Positions 19,170 through 30,372 of a stretch of 64,000 bases of DNA are shown in pieces (within the stretch, counting starts at the first letter, position 1; every line of letters begins with the position of its first letter). The stretch is from Dehalococcoidia bacterium (GTDB lineage Bacteria > Chloroflexota > Dehalococcoidia > UBA2979): NCBI GenBank assembly GCA_965219085.1, contig OZ244720.1, positions 2,816,001 to 2,880,000 of the forward strand, in the 5' to 3' direction. The translations under genes and the position numbers were made by a program. Under the pieces are notes generated by a model. The model ran no database searches. It was not told the DNA's origin and saw only the letters and a program-made list of their open reading frames with translations.

Positions 19170-20378
19170 TCAGGGCGCGGCGGCCGGTTGCGCGTCCGGC
19201 AGCGGGTCGGGCAGCAGGTCCACGAACACCTCGTTGGCGAGCAGCAGGCCGCGCGTCGTGAGCCGCAGCCGCCCGTCGCGGTCCTCGAGCAGGCCCGTGC
19301 GGAAGTGGCGCTCGATCGCGCCGCCGAACGCCGCCTCCGGCGGCTCGCCGAAGCGCGCCGCGTAGTCGAGGCGAGAGACGCCTTCGAGGAGCCGCAGCCC
19401 GAGGATCAGCGCGTCGGCGCGCAGGGTCGCCTCGTTGGGCGTCTCGCCGCCGGCGATCTGCTGGAGCGTGCCGCCGCCGGTGGCCGTGCGCTCGGCGTGG
19501 GAGGCGTTGACCAACTCGACGTAGCGCTGGGGCGAGTCGACATTCGCGAGGCGCTGCCCGGCGAAGAACGAGTGCGCGCCCGCGCCGACGCCGATGTACG
19601 GCTCGGCGCGCCAGTAGACGAGGTTGTGGCGGCAGGGGTGGCCGGGCCGCGCCCAGTTCGAGATCTCGTACTGCTCGTACCCGGCGAGGGCGAGGCGGTC
19701 GCGGGTCCACTCGTACTGGTCGGCAACGACGTCGGGGTCCGGCTCGGGGAGCGTCCCCTTCTGGACCTGGTAGTAGAGCAGCGTGCCGGGTTCGACGGTG
19801 AGCGCGTAGCAGGACAGGTGCTCCGGCGCCAGCTCGATCGCGCGCTCCAGCGTGTGCTGCCAGCACTCAAGGGGCTGGTCGATGAGCCCGAAGATGAGGT
19901 CCATGTTCACGTTGTCGAAGCCCGCCGCGCGGGCCGATTGCACACCCTCGACGGCGCGGTCGGCACTGTGCTGACGGTCGAGGAGCTCCAGTTCGTCGTC
20001 GTTGAGCGACTGCACGCCGATCGAGAGTCGGTTGATGCCGAGCGCGCGCAAGCCTTCGAGGTGCTCGCGCGTGAGCTCGGTCGGGTTCGCCTCGATGGTC
20101 CACTCGGCGTCGGGCGCGACGTCGTACTGCGCGCGCACGGCGCGCACGATCGTCTCCATGTCGTCGAGCGAAGTGAGGCTCGGGGTGCCGCCGCCGAGGA
20201 ACACCGTCTCGACGCGGTGGGTGCGCGCGGCGGGCGCCCACAGCTCGAGCTCGCGCACGAGCGCGGGCGTGTACTCGGGCACGAGGTGGTCGAGGCCCTC
20301 GTAAGAGTTGAAGTCGCAGTAGCCGCACTTGGCGGTGCAGAACGGGATGTGCAGGTAGAGCGAAAGCGCCTGCGTCAC
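19170..20378 (-). CDS. hemW: Radical SAM heme chaperone HemW (HemN-like)
   Basis: YLHIPFC, CTAKCGYC, GGGTPS, YEISN and the HNxxYW (HNLVYW) signature. Confidence 0.9.
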   Translation of the reverse strand: MTQALSLYLHIPFCTAKCGYCDFNSYEGLDHLVPEYTPALVRELELWAPAARTHRVETVFLGGGTPSLTSLDDMETIVRAVRAQYDVAPDAEWTIEANPTELTREHLEGLRALGINRLSIGVQSLNDDELELLDRQHSADRAVEGVQSARAAGFDNVNMDLIFGLIDQPLECWQHTLERAIELAPEHLSCYALTVEPGTLLYYQVQKGTLPEPDPDVVADQYEWTRDRLALAGYEQYEISNWARPGHPCRHNLVYWRAEPYIGVGAGAHSFFAGQRLANVDSPQRYVELVNASHAERTATGGGTLQQIAGGETPNEATLRADALILGLRLLEGVSRLDYAARFGEPPEAAFGGAIERHFRTGLLEDRDGRLRLTTRGLLLANEVFVDLLPDPLPDAQPAAAP

Positions 20379-20421
20379 AACGGACCTCGATGCTCGTGCC
20401 GTGCTCGTGGCGGCGCGGCCA

Positions 20422-20452
20422 GCGTACAGGCGTGGCGGGGTGTGGGGAACGC
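20422..20452 (+). repeat. 31-bp perfect direct repeat, copy 1
   Basis: GCGTACAGGCGTGGCGGGGTGTGGGGAACGC, also at 20881-20911. Confidence 0.95.
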
Positions 20453-20473
20453 ACGGGAGGCGTCGCGCCGCGT

Positions 20474-20791
20474 CTAGTTGTGCGCCAGTTCGTCTTGGTC
20501 GGGCAGTCTGCGAGGCTCGGATGCGGTGCCGGGGTCGTATCCCTTGTGGATGTACGTGGCGAGCCGGTGATAACCGTCGTCCGGTGCATCGTCGACGGGA
20601 ACAGCTGCGATGATCTCCTCCGCGGTGTTGACCGGGAGGTCGGCGAGGTGCGCCATGAGCTTGCTCACGATGTCCTGACGCTTGCCGCGCGCGCTGACCT
20701 CGACGCCCACGTCTCTCGCGAATTGGCTGAGGTTGCTCGTAGTAGGCAGGATTTCGCTCTTGCGGAGCCGGGATTCGAAACCCGAGAGCAA
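20474..20791 (-). pseudogene. Hypothetical protein, probably a 5'-truncated fragment
   Basis: Lower-GC helical ORF inside the repeat-flanked insert; the frame extends upstream to a TAG without a good start or RBS. Confidence 0.45.
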
Positions 20792-20880
20792 CTCATACAG
20801 CGAGGGCTCAGTCTCCTTCAGACGGTCACAGGCACTGGGCGTCCGCTCCCACTCCCGCTAACTATGCTACTACGTCGATT

Positions 20881-20911
20881 GCGTACAGGCGTGGCGGGGT
20901 GTGGGGAACGC
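20881..20911 (+). repeat. 31-bp perfect direct repeat, copy 2
   Basis: Identical to 20422-20452. Confidence 0.95.
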
Positions 20912-20959
20912 GGCGGGCACCCCTACCCCGCCCTCGCGCCCCGTGCGAGACTCGATCGC

Positions 20960-22786
20960 ATGTTGCGAACCCACGCTGCGGGGACACTCCGCCTCGACCA
21001 CGCCGGCGACCGAGTGACGCTCGCCGGGTGGGTGCACCGCCGCCGTGACCACGGTGGGCTGATCTTCGTCGACCTGCGCGACGCCGCGGGCCTCGTGCAG
21101 GTGGTCTTCCACCCCGAGGACGCACCCGCCGCGTTCGCGATCGCCTCGGATCTCCGCAGCGAGTTCGTGCTGCACGTCGAAGGCGAGGTGGTGGCGCGCC
21201 GGCCGGGGACGGAGAACCCGGACCTCGACACCGGCGCCGTCGAGGTCGCCGTCCGCAGCGCGGCGATCCTCAACGCCTCGCGCACGCCGCCGTTCCCGAT
21301 CAACCAGGAGACGAACGTCGACGAGGCGACGCGGCTGCGTTACCGCTACCTCGACCTGCGCCGCGAGCGCATGGCCGCGAACCTCGTGCTGCGCCACCGC
21401 GTCGTCGCGTTCATGCGGCGCTTCCTGAGCGACAAGGGCTTCCTGGAGGTCGAGACGCCCGTGCTGGGCCTCGCCACGCCCGAGGGCGCGCGCGACTACC
21501 TGGTGCCGAGCCGGGTGCACCCCGGCGACTTCTACGCGTTGCCGCAGTCGCCGCAGCAGTGGAAGCAGTTGCTGATGGTCGCCGGCGTCGAGCGCTACTT
21601 CCAGATCGCGCGCTGCTACCGCGACGAGGACCTGCGCGCGGACCGCCAACCCGAGTTCACGCAGCTCGACCTCGAGATGTCGTTCGTCGACGAAGACGAC
21701 ATCCTCGGCCTGACCGAGGAGCTCTACAGCGGCCTCGCCGCCGAAGTCGCACCCCAGCTCGAGACGCCGAGCCCGTTTGTGCGCATGACCTACGCGGAGT
21801 CGATGGAGCGCTACGGCTCGGACAAGCCCGACCTGCGCTTCGGCATCGAGATCAGCGACCTCACGGACATCGTGCGCGACAGCGAGTTCCAGGTGTTCCG
21901 TCGCGCCATCGAGGCGGGCGGCCGCGTGCGCGGCTTCGCCGTGCCCGGCGGCGCGGACACCCCGCGCCGCGGCGCCGACGCCCTCGAGGCGCTGGCGAAG
22001 GAGAGCGGCGCGGGTGGCCTCGTCTGGATCGTCTACGAGGAGGACGGGTCGGTGCGCTCGCCTGTCGCGCGCTTCTTCGACGAGGCGGCGCTCGCCGCGC
22101 TGGCCGCGGCCTGCGGCGCGTCGGCCGGCGACATGCTGCTGATCGTGGCTGACCAGGACGCCGTGAGCTCGCGCGTGCTCGACGTGCTCATGCGGCGCGT
22201 CGCCGAGGACCGCGACCTCGCCGACACGAACGTGCTCGCGTTCGCGTTCATCACCGAGTTCCCGATGTTCGAGTGGGACGCGCCGGGGCAGCGCTGGAGC
22301 GCGATGCACCACCTGTTCACCGCGCCGTTCGACGAGGACGTGGACCTGATCGACAGCGATCCGGGCGCGGCGCGTTCACGAGCGTATGACCTCGTCTGCA
22401 ACGGCCAGGAGATCGGGTCCGGGTCGATCCGTATTCACCGCCGCGAGCTGCTGTCGCGCGTACTGCAGCGCCTCAACCTCGACGAGGCGGAGGCTGAGGA
22501 GCGCTTCGGGCACATGCTGGAGGCATTCACGTACGGCGCGCCGCCGCACGGCGGCATCGCGCCCGGCCTCGACCGTACCGTGGCGCTGTTCGCCGGCGAG
22601 CGCGACATCCGCGAGGTGATCGCGTTCCCCAAGACGAAGTCGGCCACGGACCCGCTGACGGGCGCGCCCGCCGGCGTGCACCGCGAGCAGTTGGCCGAGG
22701 TGCACATCGCGCTCACGCCCGAGGCCCAGGCGGCGCAGGCGGAGCGCGATGGGAGCGTGCGGGAAGAGATCACAAATGACGTATGA
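20960..22786 (+). CDS. aspS: Aspartate-tRNA ligase, probably non-discriminating
   Basis: RRRDHGG, TPEGARDYLVPSR, LPQSPQ, RDEDLRADRQPEFTQLD, GAPPHGG; the His in RDHGG is typical of ND-AspRS. Confidence 0.96.
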   Translation: MLRTHAAGTLRLDHAGDRVTLAGWVHRRRDHGGLIFVDLRDAAGLVQVVFHPEDAPAAFAIASDLRSEFVLHVEGEVVARRPGTENPDLDTGAVEVAVRSAAILNASRTPPFPINQETNVDEATRLRYRYLDLRRERMAANLVLRHRVVAFMRRFLSDKGFLEVETPVLGLATPEGARDYLVPSRVHPGDFYALPQSPQQWKQLLMVAGVERYFQIARCYRDEDLRADRQPEFTQLDLEMSFVDEDDILGLTEELYSGLAAEVAPQLETPSPFVRMTYAESMERYGSDKPDLRFGIEISDLTDIVRDSEFQVFRRAIEAGGRVRGFAVPGGADTPRRGADALEALAKESGAGGLVWIVYEEDGSVRSPVARFFDEAALAALAAACGASAGDMLLIVADQDAVSSRVLDVLMRRVAEDRDLADTNVLAFAFITEFPMFEWDAPGQRWSAMHHLFTAPFDEDVDLIDSDPGAARSRAYDLVCNGQEIGSGSIRIHRRELLSRVLQRLNLDEAEAEERFGHMLEAFTYGAPPHGGIAPGLDRTVALFAGERDIREVIAFPKTKSATDPLTGAPAGVHREQLAEVHIALTPEAQAAQAERDGSVREEITNDV

Positions 22787-22877
22787 TCGTTTCGTGCGGC
22801 TCACTCCCCCAACCGCTGGAATCCCATCCGGTGACGATATGCGTATCTTCTAACGACGCATCGAGCGGAGGCGTTCT

Positions 22878-24593
22878 GTGAGTGGACAGAACCGGGTCAT
22901 TGTCCTGATGCTCGGGGTCCTCGCGGCCCTGGTGATCGTGGTCGGTGGACTCTCCGCCGTACTGCTGCTCAGCGGTGGTGAGGACGGCGTCACGACGTCG
23001 ACGCCCAGCGAGGGCGGCGGCATCACCAGGACCACGGGTGACGGCGGTGGCGATAGCGGCGACAGCGGAGGCGACGACGGCTCGTCCGCCGACGCCGCCG
23101 CGAGCGGCCGGCTGCGCCTGGCCGGCAACGACCCGGTCACGATGGACCCGCATCTCGCCGGCGACTCCGGCTCCGCCGAGTTCATCGTCGAGATCTTCAG
23201 CGGCCTGCTCACCATCTCGCCCGAGCTCAACATCGAACTCGACCTCGCCGAGTCGTTCGAGGTCTCAGACGACGGCCTGGTCTACACGTTCACGCTGCGC
23301 GACGACATCAACTTCCACCAGGGCCGCAGGGTGACCGCCGAGGACGTGCGCTGGTCGCTGGAACGGGCCGCCTCACGCGAGTTGGCCTCGCCGACCGCCC
23401 TCGCCTACCTCGGCGACATCATCGGCGTGCGCGAGCGCTTCTACGAGGGCGCCGAGACCATCACCGGCATCGAGGTCATCGACGACCGCACGATCCAGTT
23501 CACGATCGACGAGCCCAAGCCGTACTTCATCGCCAAGCTCACCTACCCCACGGCGTTCATCGTGGACCGCCAGCAGATCGAGGCGAACCCGCGCGGCTGG
23601 ACGCGCCGGCCCAACGGCACCGGCCCGTACCGCCTCCAGGAGTGGCGGCTGGGGCAGCGCATCGTGCTGCAGGCCAACGCGCGCTACCACCTCGGCGCAC
23701 CGTTGCTCGAGGAGGTGCTCTACGAGCTCTCGGGTGGCTCGACCCTCACGCGATTCGAGAACGGCGAGCTGGACGTCTCGTCTATCGGTGTCAACGACAT
23801 CGACCGCGCGCGCGACCCGGAGAGCGACCTCGGGCCGCTGTACCAGGTCTTCCCGCAGTTCACGATCTCGTACCTGGCGTTGAACACGAACGTGCCGCCG
23901 TTCGACGACGTGAACGTGCGTCGCGCGCTCGGGTTCTCGATCAACCGCACGCTCATCGCTGAGGTGACGTTCAACAACATGCTGGCCCCGGCGACGGGCA
24001 TCCTCATGCCGCAGCTGCCGGGCTACACGCCGGGCGATAAGACCTTCTCGTTCGACCCGGACGAGGCGCGGCGGCTGCTGGCGGCCTCGAAATACGGTTC
24101 GGCGGAGAACCTGCCGGAGATCGTCCTCACCGAGGTCGGCGGCGGCGCCGAGGGGCGCATCGACACGCAGGCATTCATCCAGCAGTGGCGGGAGGAACTC
24201 GGCATCGACGTCCGCATCGAACAGACCGACTTCGCGACGATCCTCGCCCGGCAGGACGAGGGGAGCCTGCAGATGTTCAACGCCGGGTGGATCATGGACT
24301 ACCCGGACCCGGAGGACATCCTGGACCTCAAGTTCCACTCCGGGTCCGCGCTCAACGACGTCAACTACGGCAACGCGGATGTCGACGCCATCCTCGAAGA
24401 GGCGCGCGTCGAGCAGGACCCCGGGCGCCGCCTGGAGCTGTACCAGCAGGCGGAACTCCTGATTATCGAGGATGCGGCGTGGCTGCCGCTCTACTTCTCG
24501 CAGTCCCACGTGGTGATCAACGAGGATGTGGAGGGCTGGTTCGAGCCGCCCATGGTGATTCCGCGGCTGCGTTTCGTGAGCGTCAACCGCTAG
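22878..24593 (+). CDS. Peptide/nickel ABC transporter substrate-binding protein (family 5)
   Basis: N-terminal anchor, LAESFEVSDDGLVYTFTLR, PNGTGPY, WIMDYPDP. Confidence 0.92.
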   Translation: MSGQNRVIVLMLGVLAALVIVVGGLSAVLLLSGGEDGVTTSTPSEGGGITRTTGDGGGDSGDSGGDDGSSADAAASGRLRLAGNDPVTMDPHLAGDSGSAEFIVEIFSGLLTISPELNIELDLAESFEVSDDGLVYTFTLRDDINFHQGRRVTAEDVRWSLERAASRELASPTALAYLGDIIGVRERFYEGAETITGIEVIDDRTIQFTIDEPKPYFIAKLTYPTAFIVDRQQIEANPRGWTRRPNGTGPYRLQEWRLGQRIVLQANARYHLGAPLLEEVLYELSGGSTLTRFENGELDVSSIGVNDIDRARDPESDLGPLYQVFPQFTISYLALNTNVPPFDDVNVRRALGFSINRTLIAEVTFNNMLAPATGILMPQLPGYTPGDKTFSFDPDEARRLLAASKYGSAENLPEIVLTEVGGGAEGRIDTQAFIQQWREELGIDVRIEQTDFATILARQDEGSLQMFNAGWIMDYPDPEDILDLKFHSGSALNDVNYGNADVDAILEEARVEQDPGRRLELYQQAELLIIEDAAWLPLYFSQSHVVINEDVEGWFEPPMVIPRLRFVSVNR

Positions 24594-24602
24594 GGACCGA
24601 TC

Positions 24603-25640
24603 GTGGCGGGCTACATCTTCCGCCGTCTGCTATGGCTGCCAGTCATCCTGGCGATCGTGTCGTTCTCGACGTTCTCGATTGCGCGTTTTGGCCCCGGCGA
24701 CCCGGTCAGCATCGCCGCGGGCCAGATCCGCGACCCCGAGGTGCTCGAGCGCGTGCGCGCCGAACGCGGCCTCGATGGCTCGGTGTTCGAGCAGTACACG
24801 CGCTGGCTGATTGGTGATCTCTATCCGGGGGGCTCGGGGGGCGGAGCGCTGCGAGGGGACCTCGGCGAGTCCTTCATCCAGCAGGGCTTCTCCGTGAACG
24901 AGTTGATCAGCAGCAAGATGGCGATCTCGGCGCAGCTTGGCTTCCTGACGCTGATCACCGTCTTCTCGGTCGGCATCCCGCTCGGGCTGTTTGCGGCGAG
25001 GTTCAACGGTACCTGGCTCGACCCATTCGTCATCTCCTCGCTGCTGTTCCTCACGTCCGTGCCCGTGCTCGTCATCATCCCGCCCGCGCTGTGGCTCCTG
25101 GCGTCGCCGAGCCAGCTTGATCTGCTCCCGGTCGGCGGGTGGGGCGGCGAAGGCCTGGACGGCATTTTCGACATCTGGTGGATCGGCGGCGTGATCGCGG
25201 TGCCGATCCCCGATCCGCACCTCTACCTGCCGGTCTTCGTGCTCTCCATCGGGGGGTTCGCCGGCATCGCGCGGCTCGTGCGCATCACCTCGCTCGAGGT
25301 GCTGAGCGAGGACTACGTCCGGACGGCGCGCGCGAAGGGGCTCACGGAGGCGACCGTCGCGATGAGGCACGTGCTGCCGAACGCGTTGCTGCCCGTGATC
25401 ACGGTCATCGGCTTCGCACTCGTCGGCATCCTCGAGGGGGCGTTCTTCACCGAGACGCTGCTCGGCATTCCCGGCATCGGACGCTTCGCGTTCGAGGCGG
25501 TGCAGAGCCGCGACTACGACGTGATCCTCGCGATCACCGTGATCCTGTCGGCGGCCTTCGTGCTCGCCAACCTCGTCGTCGAGATCGCCTACACGTGGAT
25601 CGATCCGCGCGTGCGGCTGGGTGAGGCGATCAACGGGTGA
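24603..25640 (+). CDS. Peptide ABC transporter permease (OppB/DppB-like)
   Basis: PGDP, GDLGES, EAA-loop EDYVRTARAKGL, IDPRVR. Confidence 0.92.
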   Translation: MAGYIFRRLLWLPVILAIVSFSTFSIARFGPGDPVSIAAGQIRDPEVLERVRAERGLDGSVFEQYTRWLIGDLYPGGSGGGALRGDLGESFIQQGFSVNELISSKMAISAQLGFLTLITVFSVGIPLGLFAARFNGTWLDPFVISSLLFLTSVPVLVIIPPALWLLASPSQLDLLPVGGWGGEGLDGIFDIWWIGGVIAVPIPDPHLYLPVFVLSIGGFAGIARLVRITSLEVLSEDYVRTARAKGLTEATVAMRHVLPNALLPVITVIGFALVGILEGAFFTETLLGIPGIGRFAFEAVQSRDYDVILAITVILSAAFVLANLVVEIAYTWIDPRVRLGEAING

Positions 25641-26599
25641 CCACGAGCCGCGTGGAGATCGACTACGACGAACCTACCGGCACACCGGCGGGCGCGTGGG
25701 GGCAGCTGTGGCAGCGGCTGCGCCGCAAGAAGCTGGCGATGTTCGGGCTGACGGTGATCATCATCATCTACACGCTCGGCATCGGCGCGAACTGGCTCGC
25801 GCCGTACAGCTTCACCGACCAGGACCTGATCCGCGGCCTCGAGGGGCCGACGTCCGACCACTGGCTTGGCACAGACCGCCTGGGGCGCGACATGCTGAGC
25901 CGCGCGATCTACTCGGCGCGCACGACGGTGATCATTACCGCGCTCGTGGTCGTCACCGGCGGGCTCATCATCGGGCCCACGCTCGGTCTGCTCTCCGGCT
26001 ACCGGGGCGGGCGCACCGACGGCGTGATCGGGCGGGTGGGCGACGTCTTCATCTCGCTCCCCGGCCTGCCGATGCTGATCCTCGTCAACGCCTCGCTGTC
26101 CCCGCGCGTCGTCAGCTTCACGAACTGGCTCGAGGACCAGACCTTCCTGAGCGGGTTGGTGGAGACCGGGGTGCCCTCGTACTTCACGGTCTTCGGGGCG
26201 CTGTCGCTGTTCTTCTGGGTGGGCAGCATGCGCATCATCCGCGCGCAGGTGCTGCAGCTGCGCGAACGCGACTTCGTCGTTGCATCGCTGGCGATGGGGG
26301 CCGACACAAAGCACGTGATCGTCCGCCACCTGCTGCCGAACGTGTCGTTCCTGCTCATCCTGGGCGTGTCGACGGCGCTCGGCGCGGTCGCCGGGTCGGA
26401 GCTGTTGCTGACGTGGTTCGGGGTGGGCGTGCAGCCGCCGGTGCCGTCGTTCGGGGTCATGATCTTCGAGGCGGGGAGCATCCGTACCTTCTCGGAGCAC
26501 CCGCACCTGCTGATCGTGCCGTCGGGCTTCGTCGTGGCGCTGCTCTTCGCGTTCGCGCTCTTCGGCGACGCGCTCAACGACGCCGTGCGAGGCAGGTAG
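25637..26599 (+). CDS. Peptide ABC transporter permease (OppC/DppC-like)
   Basis: HWLGTDRLGRD, RHLLPN, GDALND. Confidence 0.92.
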   Translation: MTTSRVEIDYDEPTGTPAGAWGQLWQRLRRKKLAMFGLTVIIIIYTLGIGANWLAPYSFTDQDLIRGLEGPTSDHWLGTDRLGRDMLSRAIYSARTTVIITALVVVTGGLIIGPTLGLLSGYRGGRTDGVIGRVGDVFISLPGLPMLILVNASLSPRVVSFTNWLEDQTFLSGLVETGVPSYFTVFGALSLFFWVGSMRIIRAQVLQLRERDFVVASLAMGADTKHVIVRHLLPNVSFLLILGVSTALGAVAGSELLLTWFGVGVQPPVPSFGVMIFEAGSIRTFSEHPHLLIVPSGFVVALLFAFALFGDALNDAVRGR

Positions 26600-26737
26600 G
26601 TGCGGCTGCGGCTCGCCACGCGCCGGGGCCCGCCGGGCGCGCTGGCGCACACGGCTGGCCCACCCATAATCTGACTAGCGGGACTCCGCCTTCGGGCTGG
26701 GGCCCTCGGGAACCGACCCAGAGCACTGCGAGACGAG

Positions 26738-28360
26738 GTGCACGTGCCAGTCACCGCCGAACGGCTTCCGCGCTCCCTCGTGTCGATGGAGATCGAGGTC
26801 GAGCAAGAGCGCCTGGAGGGCGCGCTGGAGAAGGCCGTACAAAAGGTCTCGCAGCAAGTGCGGATCCCCGGGTTCCGCCCCGGCAAGGCCCCGCGCCACA
26901 TCGTGGAGAGCATGGTCGGCCGCCCCGCGCTGCTGCAGGAGGCAATCGAGGACCTGCTCCCCGGCCTCTACAGCGAGGCGCTCGAGGAGCAGGAGATCGA
27001 CGCCATCGGCGACCCGGAGATCGACCTCAAGTCGACCGAACCCCTCATCGTCACCGCGATGGTGCCCGTCCGTCCGACCATCGACATCAGCGACTACCGC
27101 TCGCTGCGGGCGCCGCGCGACGAGGCCATCGCCACCCCCGAGCAGATCGAGCAGTCAATGGTCGAAGTGCGGCGTCGCTACGCGACGCTCGAGCCCGTCG
27201 ACCGGGCGGTCGAGTGGGAAGACACCGTGCGCGTCGATGTCTCCGTGAGTGTCGAGGGGCAGGGCGAGCCGCACGTCGAGGAAGGCGCGGAGTTCCGCGT
27301 CTCACAGGACGGCGTCGTCTCTCTGCCCGGCTTCCTCGACCACCTGATCGGCCTGGAGCGCGGCGGACCGCACGAGTTCGAGTTCGCGCTCCCGGACGAC
27401 TACGACGCAGAGGAGCTGGCGGGTAAGACCGCGAGCTACATCGTCACCGTCCAGGAGGTGAAGCAGGAGGTCCTCCCCGACCTCGACGACGACTTCGCCC
27501 GCTCCCTCGACGAGGAGGACATCGAGACCCTCGAACAGCTACAGGAGCGCGTCGCGGAGAACGTCCGCATACGCGTCGAGGCCGAGGGAGAGGCCGCCTA
27601 CCGCGACGAGGTCCTGGACCTGCTGCTGGCGACCTCCGATCTCGACTACCCCGAGGTGCTCGTCGAGCGTGAGCTCGACCGCCTTGTCGACGAGCAGTCC
27701 AACCACGCGTTCCACGAGCGCGAGACCTTCGACCAGTGGCTCGACGCAATCGGCAGCACCGAGGATGAGGTGCGCGATGCCCTGCGCGAGCAGGCCGACC
27801 TGATCCTGCGCCGCGGCCTCGTCATGGCGGAGCTGGCCGAGCAGGAGAGCATCGAGCCGTCCGACCAGGACATCCAGAGCGAGGTCGACACCCTGGTCGA
27901 GGAGATGAGCGGCGGCACCACGGACCTCGAGGAGCGTGCGGAGCTGCGCGGGCTCCTCGACACCGAAGAGACGCGCGGCCAGATCTCGAGCCGGCTGCTC
28001 ATGACGCAGACGCTGGAGCGGCTCGTCGAGATCGCTTCGCAGCCCGACGAGATCGAGCCGCGTCCGGCGCGGCGTCGCAGCCGCCGCCGCCGCGGGGCGC
28101 GCAGCGGCGACGAGGACGAGACGACCGCCGAGGCTGACGGCGAGGATGTCGAGGACGCTGACGACGCTGCCGAGGCCGACGGTGAGGACGTCGAGGACGA
28201 GACGACCGCCGAGGCTGACGGCGAGGACCTCGAGGACGCAGACGACGACGCAGCCGACGCAGCCGACGCTGCCGAGGACGCCGAGGATGCGTCCAGCGAC
28301 GATGCAGCCGATAGTGGATCCAGTACCGATGACGCCGATCGGGACGGCGACGAGGGTTAG
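26738..28360 (+). CDS. tig: Trigger factor with long acidic repetitive C-tail
   Basis: IPGFRPGKAP ribosome-binding signature; upstream of clpP-clpX. Confidence 0.95.
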   Translation: MHVPVTAERLPRSLVSMEIEVEQERLEGALEKAVQKVSQQVRIPGFRPGKAPRHIVESMVGRPALLQEAIEDLLPGLYSEALEEQEIDAIGDPEIDLKSTEPLIVTAMVPVRPTIDISDYRSLRAPRDEAIATPEQIEQSMVEVRRRYATLEPVDRAVEWEDTVRVDVSVSVEGQGEPHVEEGAEFRVSQDGVVSLPGFLDHLIGLERGGPHEFEFALPDDYDAEELAGKTASYIVTVQEVKQEVLPDLDDDFARSLDEEDIETLEQLQERVAENVRIRVEAEGEAAYRDEVLDLLLATSDLDYPEVLVERELDRLVDEQSNHAFHERETFDQWLDAIGSTEDEVRDALREQADLILRRGLVMAELAEQESIEPSDQDIQSEVDTLVEEMSGGTTDLEERAELRGLLDTEETRGQISSRLLMTQTLERLVEIASQPDEIEPRPARRRSRRRRGARSGDEDETTAEADGEDVEDADDAAEADGEDVEDETTAEADGEDLEDADDDAADAADAAEDAEDASSDDAADSGSSTDDADRDGDEG

Positions 28361-28414
28361 CCGGCCCGGAGGGAACGCTCGACAGGCACTGCCTGCCCAC
28401 GGAAGGACACCGCC

Positions 28415-29056
28415 TTGACGGTCTCGCCCATGAACGTCGTGCCGATGGTCGTGGAGACCACCGCGCGCGGCGAGCGCGCATACGACATCTACTCGCTGCT
28501 CCTCAAGGAGCGCATCATCTTCCTTGGGACGCCGATCGACGATCACATCGCGAACGTGATCGTCGCGCAGCTCCTGTACCTGGAGCGCGAGGATCCCGAA
28601 CGCGACATCAACATGTACATCCACTCGCCGGGCGGTGTGATCACCGCCGGCCTCGCGATCTACGACACGATGAACCTGATCCGCTCCGACGTGTCGACGA
28701 TCGCCGTGGGCGCGACCGCCTCAATGGCCACGGTGCTGCTCTCGGCCGGCGAGAAGGGCAAGCGCTACGCGCTGCCGAACGCGACGGTGCACATGCACCA
28801 GGCGATGGGCGGGGCGCGCGGTCAGGCCTCCGACATCGAGATCGCGGCGCGGGAGATTCTCCGCAACAACGAGATCATCCGTAATATCCTGGCCAAGGGG
28901 ACCGGGCAGGAGATCGAGCGGATCCGCCTCGACACGGATCGCGACTTCTACCTCAACGCCGAGCAGGCGTTGGAGTACGGGATGATCGACGAGATCCTGC
29001 AGAAGCCCGACGCCGGCGGCTCCGGCGCGAGCACCAACGGGAGCGGGATCGGCTAG
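28415..29056 (+). CDS. clpP: ATP-dependent Clp protease proteolytic subunit
   Basis: [21 protein letters not shown] (catalytic Ser), MHQ. Confidence 0.97.
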   Translation: MTVSPMNVVPMVVETTARGERAYDIYSLLLKERIIFLGTPIDDHIANVIVAQLLYLEREDPERDINMYIHSPGGVITAGLAIYDTMNLIRSDVSTIAVGATASMATVLLSAGEKGKRYALPNATVHMHQAMGGARGQASDIEIAAREILRNNEIIRNILAKGTGQEIERIRLDTDRDFYLNAEQALEYGMIDEILQKPDAGGSGASTNGSGIG

Positions 29057-29088
29057 CACCCGAACCCGGCGGGGGCGCTGGGGGAAGC

Positions 29089-30372
<1,284 letters not shown>

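Noticed and set aside
20422-20452. tRNA or tRNA-derived att site
   Set aside because: No cloverleaf, T-loop (GTTC) or CCA end is recognisable on either strand.
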